Shown: positions 12,507-29,429 of the stretch, in pieces | Layout: every line of letters begins with the position of its first letter | How positions within the stretch are numbered: the stretch's first letter is position 1 | NCBI RefSeq assembly: GCF_009914755.1 | Contig: NC_060936.1 | From: the human T2T-CHM13v2.0 reference genome, Homo sapiens | Reading direction: 5' to 3' (one strand) | DNA: 64,000 nucleotides | Notes under the pieces: model-generated | What the model saw: the letters and a program-made list of their open reading frames with translations, nothing else | What the model was told of the DNA's origin: nothing | Database searches by the model: none | Program-made: the position numbers and the translations under genes

Positions 12507-12808
12507 CGCCGGGCGCAGTGGCTCATGCCTGTAATCCCAGCACTTTGGGAGGCCGAGGCGCGCGGATCACCTGAGGTCAGGAGTTCGAGACCAGCCTGAT
12601 CAACATGGAGAAACTCCGTCTCTACTAAAAATACAAAATTAGCCGGTCGTGGTGGCACATGCCTGTAATCCCAGCTACTCGGGAGACTGAGGCAGGAGAA
12701 TCGCTTGAACCCGGGAGGCGGAGGTTGCGGTGAGCCAAGATCGCACGCCATTGCACTCCAGCCTGAGCAACAAGAGCGAAACTCCATCTCAAAAAAAAAA
12801 AAAAAAAA
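12507..12808 (+). mobile_element. AluSp-like element in intron 2
   Basis: Full dimer with AACATGGAGAAAC and CAACAAGAGCGAA diagnostics. Confidence 0.92.
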
Positions 12809-13816
12809 GTTATGGTTTTAAGTGTTCTTAATGAAAACTTTGAAGAAAAATTAAAATCCTAGCACTTAGATAAACAATGTGGCATTCAGTGTACTGCCTT
12901 CAAATCTGTGTCCGCAGACTTTTTCCAGAATGCTATACAATTACACACTCTGCCTTTTTACTTAATGTTGCAACTCAATACTTCTCCATGTTATTGAGAA
13001 CTCTGTAAAAGCTAATCACTCAGTAATACTGTCATGTTGTATTTTATTTAACCATTTCCCCTACTGCAAAATGCAGTGATTTTTCACTGATGTATGTCTT
13101 CAGCCTGGTCTTGAGAAAAAGGAAGGACAACCAGACCTCAGTGTTTCAGAGAAGTACCACTGGCTTTTGGGGCAGAATAATTTTTGTTGGTCGGGGCTGG
13201 CCCCACCTGTGAAATACTAGACATATAAAAAATACCCACAAAATCCCAAATGCCTTGCATGAGTATGGGAGAGAACTGCTGACAGGAGTTATTAACAGCA
13301 TGGTAGAGTTTCAATTCCTTGGTTCCCTGTAACTCAGGTAACTTGGAAGTTAGCTTTGCATAATTGAGAACAACAACACAGGCTTTAGAGCCAGAGAAAT
13401 CTAAGTTCAAATCCTGACACTACTATTTATTAACCATGAACTCTTCAGGTGCTACATAAACCCTCTACATAAATCCATATCTGCAAAGTGTGAATCCTGT
13501 GATCTCCTTACAGGGCTGCTGGCTGGATCACATGAGACAATATATGCAAAGCACCTTGCCTAGTTCCTGGAACCTGGAAGGATCAGGATCACAGGGGCCC
13601 TCAGAAACCACAGTGACATGTGAATGGCCCACACCGCAAAAGGGAAGGAACAGAAAGGAAATACACTACTTATGGAAGGATGGAGGAAGGGCCCCCTCTC
13701 AGCCAGAAATCTTTGCAACTTCAGGCAAAGCTTCCTTGTCCGGTTGCCATCGTCTGCAGGGATCTCCCATTAACAGTCCCTTCATTGCTGGCATCTTACC
13801 ACCCCAACCCACCTAC

Positions 13817-13965
13817 CTTAGCAATGGTGTTTGCTTCCTCCTTATACGCAGCGAGCTCAGTGGAGGAACTTGACTGGCCAACATGCTGGGCGCGAAAACA
13901 GCAGAAAAGGGCCTTGAAGATGTTACGTCCACGAGGCTTCTTAGGAGAGGACTTGGAGACCAGGC
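13817..13965 (-). CDS. CTDSP2: CTDSP2 exon 2 (GLVSKSSPKKPRGRNIFKALFCCFRAQ...NTIAK)
   Basis: 149 nt; AG/GT boundaries; contains the FCCF di-cysteine motif that is palmitoylated in the paralog SCP1. Confidence 0.96.
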
Positions 13966-14472
13966 CTAGGGTGGAGAGAATGACAGAGGCTTTAGCTCTA
14001 GGGACATCAGTTTCTGTCCACAGATACTACCATGCCCATAGCTCTTCTAGTTTGTAAACTCTACTAGGGCACACAGTATACGGCTGGTGAACAACCACAT
14101 ACAGTTAACAGTCAAACATACATGTTTATTCCAGCCTTTTCTCTTTAAAGCAGGAATGTCAGGAATCCCCACTCTCTGGCTTGGGAGACCTGAGCCACAG
14201 AGCATTTGTTTTTCATTCCATCGGGGAAGATGGGGCCAGGCATAGAATCAAGGTGTTCTGCTGCTCCAGCTGCAGCACACTCAAAATTAATTCACGAAGA
14301 CAAAAATCCTCCCTAACGTCAATTCCCAGGAAGACCATCGGTTCCAGACAACGGAGAAACCTGGTCCCCTTTGAGTTAGTGGAGCTGTAGTTCTGTTTAG
14401 CATCAGCTTCCCTAGATACTGGCTTAGTGGAGGCAGAACGGAGCCCAATTTGCCTAAAAACTTCAGGATAGA

Positions 14473-14842
<370 letters not shown>

Positions 14843-15078
14843 CTAGGAACTCCAGAGCAGCCCCAGCCCCAAGGAAGAAACTACACTTTTTGTTCACAGC
14901 CTTGCCTCCCCTCCTCCACTCCAGCAGCTCTCTTTAAGGCCCCCTCCCCTCAAGGATGGGGAGCCTAATTGGTAAAACACAGATACCATGGATTAGCCCC
15001 TTAGAACACACATTCGCAGCCTCAGGTTCTAGGCTGATAGCCTTGCTTCTGGACTGCAGCTGCTTAGTCCTACCTTGA

Positions 15079-15471
<393 letters not shown>

Positions 15472-15528
15472 TAAAAAAAAAAAAAAAAAAAATTATGAGC
15501 ATTACAGGATCAACTAGAAATGGACTTA

Positions 15529-15855
<327 letters not shown>

Positions 15856-16772
15856 CTATAGATGAAATTTTCTGATGACTGTTGAGCAAGAGTAGAAAGA
15901 TACAATGGTCACTGTGGCCAGGAGGTGGCACTGCACAACCACTCACAGAATGGTCCTTGGTCCCAGTTCTCTTCTCCAGAGGGTCTTGAGTTTCCTAGAG
16001 CCTGAGCAGGAGATGGGCCCAATGATTAAACCCAAGCCATTCCAGTTTAAAGCACAGGGCAAACTACTGTGCAGGAAAATGGATGCCGGAAATGCCTCTG
16101 TCTTTGTGGGGAAAAGAAACGAAAGCAGAATGTACCACGAAGAACAAACTGCCCTGTGTTGTTCCTTGGGACAGAGATAAAGGGAGGAGGAAGACAATGT
16201 GGTAGGGGCTACCTAGGAGCAACACACCCAGAAAATGTACCAAGGTGGCCCTTGCAGAAGTGGGTAATGGAAGAGCCATTTAACATCCAGTTACTGGGCT
16301 GCCAGTACCCCCTGGAGAGGAGCAGGGAAAGATCAAACTATTCCACAGGACCAAGGGTGAGAAAATGGCCTTTACACAGCAGTTGGACAAGTATAGTCAG
16401 CATCACTCCTAGGATAAGGGACTCAGCTCTGCCTCAACAGAAAGGCAGAGGACTTCCTGCAGGTGCAGGCTCAGCCTCCCCAGTTGGCTGGTCCAGAGCT
16501 TGCGCGCATGCTCTCTCTCTCTCTCCTCCCTGGGTTAGGCCAGATTCCTTAACATTGGTATGGCCATTGGAAACTTTTTAGAAAATGACTGGGGCTTTCC
16601 AGCAATTAGCCTGAAAGCCTGGACATCACTTTCAAGCTCCTGGCTCTGGAAGAGGAACCAAAATTTCCAGGGACAGGGATTTTGTCATGAAGTTGTGCTG
16701 GGGACATCCCCCAGAGCCCTTTATCAAGGAGAAAAAATTCAGCAGAGCCCAGCACTCAAAGAGTCCAGGATA

Positions 16773-17443
<671 letters not shown>

Positions 17444-18214
17444 TTAAAAGGCCACACAGCCTGGGCTTTTCCTGAAGAGAGGCCGTCAGGAATGCACTCA
17501 GCATCTTAGTGACAGACGCTGTGAAGGCTGAGTAATCCTGAGAGGTTGCGGGGGTGAAAGGGGCAGCTGGCTGGGGGCATGGAAAGGCCTGGCTTGCGCC
17601 CGCTGCAGGGAGCCCAACAGGCAGAAGCGCCTCAGTCCTAGATGGGGAGGGAGCTTGGACTCTGCAGGGGATGAGGGTCTTCTCAAAAACCCAATGTGGC
17701 CGGCAGCCCCTGGGCCTCTGAGACCACAAATGCCTTGACCTTGGGGGCAGGAGCTTGAAGCAGAGTACCTCAGACCCACAACAGCAAGGTCAATACCTCA
17801 GGCATCCCTCATTCCCCACTCCCTTGATGGGGCCCTGCTTCCCTCCATCCTTTTCCAGGCTGGCTGTCCTCCTTTCCTTTCTAAATACTACTCCAGAGAA
17901 TTCATCAGAATGCATCAGCCTCTCCCAGCATGACTGCCTCCCTGCAAGGCCTACAATGGCCCCAACCCAGTGCATTCATCAGCCTCCGTGACCCTCTGCG
18001 TACCAGGTGCTCAGTAACTTTGCCTGGTTGAGTGAATGACTCCAGGGGCCTCCAGGGCCTGTCATGTCTACAGAGCTAGGACCTGGGGAAGCCTCCACTA
18101 GTTTGCAACAGCCCAGAAGAGTTAGATAGAGAAGCCTCCTTTATGTGAGGAGAGGAAGGTGAGCACTGAGGGAGCTGGGCCCCTAAGGCAAACCACTGAG
18201 TCTTTCTAGGCCAC

Positions 18215-18460
18215 CGCCATGTTTACTGAGCATCAAGGATGTGCCAGGTCTGCGTTAGACACTTGACATCATTACCTCATTTAATCCTTACTATTAACAC
18301 TTTGGTAGGCACTAGTTCCCCACTTTACAGAAGGGAAACTAAAGCACAGAGAGGTTAAGTAACCTGGCTCACGGTCATGCAGGTAGTATGACAGCAGAGC
18401 CAGGATTTGAACTCAGATCTGCCTGAACCCAGAGCCCAGGCTCTTAACCATTACCCTGTA
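18215..18460 (-). mobile_element. MIR
   Basis: MIR core gaaactaaagcacagagaggttaagtaac. Confidence 0.75.
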
Positions 18461-18549
18461 TAGGGTCTCATACACATTTACTTATGCAACAAATGGGAGG
18501 TGTAGGGGCACTCTCAAGGTCTCTTCTGGAAAACTTTTTTTTTTTCTAA

Positions 18550-18717
<168 letters not shown>

Positions 18718-19207
18718 TAAAGGACCAGTCTGGGGTCTAGCCCCTACCCCTTGCCCCAGGTTTTCTTGGGCAGGATGTCAAAGTTGGAAGGGGTAAAACA
18801 GCACAAGGCTCTGGGATTCCACTCCAGGGAATCCACCCCCACCCCTGCCTGCACCTGCTCTGACCAGCAGATACCTCTGGGGGATCAAGATGACAATGGG
18901 GCAGAGGAGGAAGGAGGGGTTGGAGCCAGGAGCTTTGGTCCAAGACCTGCATTGTTCCTTGGTTAAGGGTGAGGGAACCACAGAGTTCAGAGAGGGATCT
19001 GAAACTTGTGTCAAAGAGCCTTTCAATGGCTCCTTTCAGCCAGCACTCAGCATTGTGTCCTTGACAGCCAGGTGCAGGCCATCCCCTACCCATCTGTGTG
19101 TGATGGGGAGGGGCACAGCCTGCCTTTCCAGGAGAGGAACACTGGGCACAAGAGGATTTACAGGCCCACAGCGATTTCCTTCTTTAAAAACAGAACAAAA
19201 AAACAGA

Positions 19208-19827
<620 letters not shown>

Positions 19828-20743
19828 TAGGAAATTCATTGCACATGGTTTCCCCAACCAGGGAGGGCAGGACTCCAGCGGATGCCATGTAGCCCAACTA
19901 CGAGCTGCTCTCCCTCCTTCATTCCCTGCTACCCTCTGCGGACACCCAGCCCTCCTCTTCTGCCCAGATGCAGATGTGCTTCTGCTTTCTCTGCCCCAAA
20001 CATTTGGTTTGGGGCTAGATGTCTGAGAGGACTAGCACAGACCCAATGAGGGAAGCAGCTCTGGCTTAAGAAGAAAGTGAGCTGGTGGCTGAAGACAGGG
20101 AAACCAGGCCAGCCATCCAGCTCACTGCTGCGAGTCTTCCTACTGAGGCGGGGTGTGAGGAGAAGAGGGGATGTGAGGAGTATGCCCCCACTGAGGATCA
20201 TCAGGGCTGGGGTCCAGGCTCTGCCAGTTACTGACTCAGCCACACAGCCTTTTGGAGCCTTAGTTTCCTCATCCATAAACTGGGATAACAGCAAGCCCTC
20301 ACTCAGGACTGAAAGGATAAACGAAGTTAGAGAGTAAGGCACTGTGCTAACTCTAAAGCTAAATGCTGCGCTTGTTTTAATTAATTATCCAAGGGGAGAT
20401 GACCACTAAATGGCAACATCATGGGCCTCATTCCAGGAGGCCAGCAACAGACCAGGAGCCCTCCCACCATCATCACGTGGATGAAGCCCAAGAAGATGAG
20501 GGAAAGGTGCCTGAGAGCTCTGATCATGAGCAGGTTTCAGAAAGTCAAAATAGCCCCTATACCTTCTCCCAAGTCCACAACAAAATTTGTTTTCCAGCTC
20601 ACAAACTCCCTGACTGGGTATTCTGTGAAAAACAAAAGCAAGTAAGACTGTTTCACTTGAGACAAAAATCGCTGTCTCCCCTGGTATTCATCCCCACTAC
20701 TCTCAAGAAGTACCAGGTAAGGACACTATTTGCCCCTATGCAT

Positions 20744-21020
20744 GGGCCGGGGTAGGTGGCTCAAGCCTGTAATCCCAGCACTTTGGGAAGCTGGGCCGGT
20801 TGGATCACTGCAGCTCAGGAGTTCAAGACCAGCCTGAGCAACATGGCAAAATCCTGTTCTACCAAAAAAAAATTAGCCAGGTGCACCTGCAGTCCCAGCT
20901 TGGCAGGCTGAAGTGGGAGAATCACCGGAGCCCAGGAGTTTGAGGCTGCGGTAAGCCGTGATTGCACCACTGCACTCCAGCCTGGGTGACAGAGTGAGAT
21001 TTTGTCTTTAAAAAAAAAAA
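20744..21020 (+). mobile_element. AluJ-like element
   Basis: Diverged dimer with poly-A tail. Confidence 0.85.
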
Positions 21021-21805
21021 GTGTACATGTACAAACACGTGAACACGTGCACACATACACACAAACGAAGACCAGAGTGACCAGGGCAACACTGTTTTTA
21101 ATCTTCTCCTGAAAGTCAGGTCCAGATACCACTTTTGTCAACAACACAGCTTTGTGTCCCAGCAAAGGAACTCCTCACACATCTGCCTGCGATTCAGCAG
21201 AAGGTAACCTCTGAGACAATCAGATTTTAACAAGCCCATTCAGGTAGAAAGTTGCTTTCTTTTTTGGTTCATCCCCAGAAGTACTTCCTTCCCCACCACC
21301 TCCCATCCCCCACAGCAAAGGACTTAGCCTTAGCCTGGCTATCACTATAAAATGGCCCCTCTGAGGGGCCTCCTTCCTCTCAGCTATTGGAGGAAGGAGA
21401 GTATTTGGAGCATTTCCGGCCCTTCTTGGACGGCTGCCTGAACCCTGCAGCCAAGACACATTTGACTGGGACTCCCCCATGGAGAGAAGTCCTCCCAGGT
21501 CCTCTGCAAGGGGCATCTGTTCCTTGGCTATGGACATGCCCTAAAGTGCCAGGTGGACGGAAGAGCTCCTGGGACCAGCAGGTGAGTCGGCAGGGAACAA
21601 AAGAGGGTGAGATGCCTAGACAGCCCCCACACACAAAAGACTGCAAACAATGGGGAGGGTGTACTGCTTTCATGCCTGGCCACTGACACTGTTCTCTACA
21701 GCTAACAAGCAAGGCAGGGCCGGACCCAGCTTAGCACCGGCTCCCGAAGTTCCAAAAAGTAGCTGTGTATCTAACTGCATGGGCATTTTTTGAAAAAAGC
21801 AGTTT

Positions 21806-22090
<285 letters not shown>

Positions 22091-23803
22091 ATTAAAAAGC
22101 AGTTTTAGCCATGCTGTTTGGCCCATACCAGCATGTTGTATGCTGGTGCCCTCTCTGCACCAGCAACTGGGGCAGCTCTACCTAAGCCAGTGTCTCCATT
22201 AGTTCCCTTTCCCTGGGCAGGAGAGCTCCCTATATGGCTGTCTCTTCTTTCAGACCTGAGTCCTTAATGCCACCTGTGGGGCGAGGGTCACAGGTCACAC
22301 ACTTTCTTGTCTCTGCCCCTTCAGCAATCTGTTCTCTGACCTCAGCTAGAGAGGTAAGAGGACTCAGTTTTGGGAGCAGGGGATTTCTGGCAGTTCTAAA
22401 GCACGCTGATTTCAGAATCAGCCTCTAAAGGAGGTATTGCCAAAACACCCTCCTGGGCAGCTCCAACGTACTTTAAAAACGTGCTGGGTTGGGGTGGGCC
22501 TCCATAAGTAGCAGATCCTGGACCAGAGACAGAGGAGGCGTTTCCTCATAGACAAGTCAGCTGCAGGCTCAGCCCTGCAAGCCCCACTCCAGAGGACTCT
22601 TGAGGGATGTCAGGAAGTGATCTAATAGCCCACAGGGCAGCAGGGACAAGCCTGAGATGCCATCCAAGAAAACTCAAAGGACTGGATCCTGCCCCTGCCT
22701 CAGCAGGAGACCCTGCCCTATGTAGCACCAGCCAGAGCAAAGGTATCATTGTGAGGGATTGGAAACCACACTTGCCTACCTGGAGTTACCCCTCCTTCCC
22801 CCTAAGGAGGTGTATAACAAGCCCCTGTGGGAGGGGCTACACACAGACAACCTCTCAGTGAGTGTTTCAAGTTCCTGCCTTAGTGCTGTGCCCTTGACTC
22901 CTGGAATGCTTAGATATAGTTGAAGCCTAGGAAGAATCCACTGCTTCTTTCCCTTCCAGGTATGTAGGCCTGCTTTAGGTTGATACAAACGTGAGCTGGA
23001 GAAAGCAGTGAGGACACAGGACAAAGCAAGGGTATCTGTTCTGACCAGGGAAAAATACAGTGGTGACACAAGGCACCCAGACTTGAGTTCGAATCTAGGC
23101 TCTGCCATGTGTAAGGTATGCAGCCATGGGCCTCAGTTTCTTCATCTGCAAAATGGGAAGACTACCTATTTCTCAGTGTCAGAATTGCAGGGAGCTCAGG
23201 GAGTGTCCTGGTCCTAACAAAAGCTTTGTAAGTGTCAACTGCTACTCATTAAGTGCAAAGTACTTTCATACTCTTACCTCAGTCTCCATCTCAAAATGTT
23301 CACATTAAAGGGACCATAGAGATTTCTTCTAACTCATTTCAGAGGTAGTAACAGGGCCAAACCGGAAATGATGTTTTCCGGGACTCCACAAAAACGAATC
23401 AGTCGCACACACACATACACACTCATTGAGGCTGGCCAACCAGTTCCTCCTTCATATGGCTGGCCTCTGCAGAAGGAATGGAAGGAGTCTGCCAGGGAGG
23501 CACCCATCTCCAGGGACATTCTGCTGCTCCCCCCACACCCCTCAGCTTCACCTATGACCAGCCAAGCCGTATAGGTGAGTCCACTTGAGAAAGTACTGAT
23601 CTAGAAGTCAGGAAACCCAGCTCTTGCTCCAGTTCAGCTTTTCAACAGTTCCGTGGCCTTGCTAGGGCACAATTCTCTGGGGTTCAGTTTCCTCATAAGC
23701 CAATCTGGAAAGGTTTCCCCTGCATGGTCCCTTAAAAGGTGGCTTCACCTGAAGCATGCACCTGAATCATGAACTCAAAAGCACTCTAAAAGGTGAAATG
23801 TTA

Positions 23804-24270
<467 letters not shown>

Positions 24271-27200
24271 CTAGGAATAGTACCTTGCCTATGGCAAGTA
24301 CTCTATAAATATTGGCTGTAACCATTACTGGGTAAACAAGGATGGATCATTACTCTGTCCATTTACTCTGAAAACTTTAGGACTCCCCTTGAAGAGCCAC
24401 AGATCTTTAACATACAGTAAAACGGGACCACCAAGAGGAATTTTCCTGCTCGGGGCAAAACAGGCAGTTGGGGCCACTGCTGTGCCTACCTGGCTCTTCT
24501 CCAGGGGCACCTGTCAGAGCCACAAGGAGCATTTGGAACACATGCATGCCTGACCCACCTGCCCATGCGCTGATTCAGCAGATCCCAGGTGGGGGGTCTG
24601 TATTTTTAGCAAGTGTCACAGGAGACTCTGATGTGTGTCCCTGGCTGAGAGCCAGTATCTACCGGTTGCCAGGGTCTCTGACTAACCCAGGGCTAGAAGG
24701 CAATTCAGCCAAAGTCCCCTTGGCCCCTCTCCCCACCGTACCTGACTGGCTCAGTGTTTCTGCAAGCCTTAGAGGACTCATGCCTAGGATCCAGTTTTCT
24801 TCTCTAGGGGTAGTTCTATGTGACGTGAGTCAGAAAACCTGGGTCTGCTGTCTCTACCTGCAGGCCCCTGTTCCTGTGAAAGAGGGGTCCTAGCTCTATT
24901 CTGCTGCGGGAACAGAAAAGCTGGGATCTACTATCCAGGAAGCCTTCCGCAGGCAATTTGAGCCTTTCCATGAGTCTGCTTGGCTCTCACTGGGATTGGG
25001 GCCATATTTGTTCCCTGGGAACAATGCAGATGGGAAAGTGCAAATTCAAGAGGATGGAAAAAGCTGTGGCAAGAAATAAAAGAAGGTATAGAATAAAAAG
25101 AGAGTAAGAGCAAAGTCTGATTTGGGGGGATGGGGGTGGGGGAAGGACTAGAGCACCTAGGAGGGAAATGGAAATGTCAGATCCACTCAGAGATCAGGTT
25201 CAAGGCTAACTCCTAGAATAGCTAACATAAAACAGGGCATACACACTTTTGCCTAGAGGGAGGCTGTGGCGCTCACTGGAGTACCCTGTGATAACAGATC
25301 CTGGTGCAGGCATACTCAGACCTGAAGGGCTGGGCATTTTGCCAGACAAAGAAACTCCATTCTATTTGGTCTCTGGTCCAGAGATGCTTCCAGTTTTAAG
25401 TCGTCAACTTATCCACTTTAATTTCTAGTACTTTCTTTGTAAGATTTGCGTGTTAATGTGCTCATCTGCATCCCAGTTCAGAACTACTACTCCATTTCAG
25501 AAAAGTGAGGGAAATATGTCAGGGCCACACCCAATCCCACGTCCCAAAGACAAGCGAGTTAATTCCATGCTTCCCAGAGCTGGCCAGACTAAGACAAGAT
25601 GAAAAGCAGATCAATGCTGCTTTTGTACTTTCTCAATGTTGTACCCCAAAACCACAGGAGCAAACAAATAGCTTAAGAACATCTATTTCTCTTCAAACCC
25701 CATTTTCTTTTTCCCCCTCTTATTAAAATTACCTAAAAGAAACCTCAATCTCTCTGAATTCATTAACTCTCAAAGCAGACAGTGAGAGAATGTAGCATAC
25801 AGTTGTCCTGAATATTCGTTATATCCATATTTGAGAACCTCTAAGGAAGTTTAGACTTTAGAGACTCACAGGGGGCACATGCCTGGCCTTCTCCCACCCC
25901 CAGATGCCCAGGCACCAGACAGAATGGCCAAAGTCCCACAGCCCAGGCAGATAACAAATCACATCCCAAGTCACATGACACAAAGAAGGGGTCTGTGCAG
26001 CAAGGCTGTTTGTAAGCCTAAGAGGTTGATCCTTCCAGAAGGCCCAAGCCCCCACAATCAGTGTCCCCTCTGACCCCCGGCCACCTGTCTTGAAAAATAA
26101 AACCCACAAGACTACGTGCTGTTTACACTGTGTCCTTGGGGGAATGGAGGAGGGCGAACAGAGTAGTCTAACTATGTAAAGAAGGAGGACATTAATATTT
26201 ATCAAGCACCTACTAAGTACCAAGTATAATAGAAGGGTAGATATCATTATTACTACTTTATAGATAAGTTACTCAGAATACTAAAGTGATTTATCAAGTC
26301 TCATTGCAAATAGGAAAAGAAGGTATTTGAACCCAGGCCTGAAGCAATTTTGCTTCAGAAACAATGCTTTGAAGTAACAATGTAAACTTTAACCACCATC
26401 CCTGACCCTGGTCCCCACTCTGTCCAATCTAAGAACCAAACTTACCATGATGGGAATAAAAGACAATACCCCAAATTACCCAAAAGCTAGCAGAAAAAAA
26501 AAATTGTAGGAGGAATTGGAAGGGAAGCTATGTATTGATATGTACACACATACACACAATCCCATATATATTTACATATTGTCTTTCTTTTCCATGCTTA
26601 TTTACAAACACTTTAATTCTTCACAGGTTGGGAGCATCAATTCACGTTGGCTAGAAATGTGACTTCTTTAGTATTTACCATTTTAACAAAATCCATGATA
26701 AGGGATTTGGAAGGTCCCATGGAAAGGATGAAATGACACCTCTCTGCTACCCAGTTTCTTTAAGACCTCTACGGTTGAGAAGAGAGGACAAAGGAACACC
26801 CCCACCTCTGCCATCCTCCGAGGGATTTTTCACAGCAATTCCAGTGCTGCTCAGTGGAAAGCTCTGCAAGTCAACTGCAAACCCCCAGCCCCAGATGTTA
26901 GGCATTTACAAACTTTGTTGCTGATTTATCAGCGCTCCTCTGCAATTTTGGGGACAGGAGCAAACACAAGCTTAAGTCACCACGCAGGCTGCAACCCTTA
27001 CCCAAAGATGGGGGAAAAACTCCAAAGGAGATGCAGGAGGGAGCCTCAGCAGTCACTGTGAGAGCACAAAGAGGCCAAGACCCAGGGTAGGCAAAGGAAG
27101 GTGAGAGGCACCAGCAGGGCAGGAGGAGGAGCCAGCTATAAACATGCAGGCTTCCCGCCCCCTGCATAGCAAGCTATGGAAGGAAGCTCCAGCAAGATTC

Positions 27201-28283
27201 ATGTCTAAGCTTTTCAAGTTAAAGGCTTGCCTACATCTACAGTGAACGGTGTCTGAACAACTTTTTGAGGGAATAAGGCAGAATTTCTCCCTTATGCGGA
27301 TAACAAAAGAGCTAGCCATCCTGAAAACTTGCCACATCGTAATTTTCAGAGATGGTCAGTCTCTCAGAAGAATCCTTGCAATTAGCTATCAGAACCTGTC
27401 CAGTTCGGCATGTGAGAAGGTAATCCAGGGCATCATCGAGAGGAAGGGGCATCAGGATTCATGGACAACAAAAAAATCTCTGATTCCTCCAAAAGGCGTG
27501 TGGGTCACTGAGCTCCGGAAGAGGCTGCCTCCACCAGGTCTCATTTCACGTTGGGAGGTTACAGCGTGGGTCTTGTTTCCTTGGCTTTCCCCCATCTAAT
27601 CCCAAAGCCAAGGTCACAACCTCTTAGCAATGGGGTGACAATCTCATATAGAGCTGCAATCAACAGCCATTCTTGCCAAGCTGATATTAACATTTCTTTT
27701 TTCTTTTTGATGTTACACACAATCCTGTCCTTGCTGTACCAGAAAGCCATTTCACCCATCTGTCTGGGAAGATGATCCAATTTTGGTGCTTTTATCATCA
27801 ATGCTTTCAGCAACTTTGTTCTACTTCCCCTACTGTAATTACTTTTGAATCATCAACGCACCCAGACAGCCTTAAACCTCAGAGAACAGAATGCTAAAAA
27901 AAGAAAAAAAAAACCCGCAATGGCAAGTAACTTCACTAAATAGCCACCCAAGCTAGGAGCAATTTGTTTCTTTCCAGAAATTTACTTATTAATAATAAGT
28001 ACCTCACACTCCTTCTTCCCCTTTTTCCAAAGGCAGGCAAGGCATGGAGATGGGATGTTGTGGAGAGGACGGAGTGGGGAGAAGAAGGAACTCCAAAAGG
28101 AGCCAATTAAAACATCTGCTTCCCCAGTCCCCCAGCTTTTGTTTTTTGTTTTGTTTTGAAGACGTAGGTTTTGTTTGTAAATGATGTGGGACTCAGAAAG
28201 TTGGTTTAGTGGTTGCTGGGTGCCTAAGCAGCCCAGGAAGAAAGTCTGTCTTCTCTGGAATGCAATCAAATTACATGGGGAGG

Positions 28284-28577
<294 letters not shown>

Positions 28578-29429
28578 TTACATGGGGAGGGAGAGACCCA
28601 GTGGCTGCTGGCTTAAACCACACACACAAAAAAGGAGAAACATTAACTCCAAGAAAATCCAACACCAGCAACTTAACACTGTCAAGCCAGTTGCTTTGCT
28701 TTCTGCTGTTATCTATTCTGTAGCCTGCCATTCACCCTGGTGGATGAAACTTCCAGCTCTGATTTCTAAGATGCCCCGGCGCAGTCCAGCTTTCCCTTAC
28801 TCCTCGCGTGGCCCCACGATGCCCAAGGCACACTCCCTGCAAGAGAGTCCCTGCAAGAGAGGAAGACCTAGTGGGGAAGCACAGGGCTCCTCCCCCTACT
28901 CATCACCACTGCCCCCTCTTGAATCCCCCCACATCTAGGTTTCTTCCCCTCTGGCTAGCTCTTAGGGTCTTTTCCTGGGATAAAAAGGGAGTGGGAAGAG
29001 TCAGGAGTGAGCTATAAACACACGCAGGCTCCCTTCCTTTTTCAGCCATCAGCACAGTTGAGCAGCCAGCAGAGGCGGTGAAGTTGCTGCCTGGGTCACA
29101 GCCTGGTTAGTGATGCAGCCAGGAGAGCAGAAATCATGGCAACACCGAGGTCAGGGAGGCCGGAGCCTTCTCGGGGGTTGGGATCTGAGTAGGCAAGGCC
29201 ATCCCTTCTCAGGGCAGGCTTATTTAAAGTCCGGCCAGTGATGCAAGAGGAACACACTGCCTCCCTCCCCCCACCCTTCCCCCCTCCCAGCTCCTCTCGT
29301 TCCACTGAGGGAATTTGGGAGAGGCTGACACCACCAACTCAGCGGATTTGCCCCTAGGGAAGTTGGGGGAGCTCCTTGGAACGTGAACCCCAGGAATTAG
29401 TGACCTGCTGACTAATGTTGCCAAACGGG

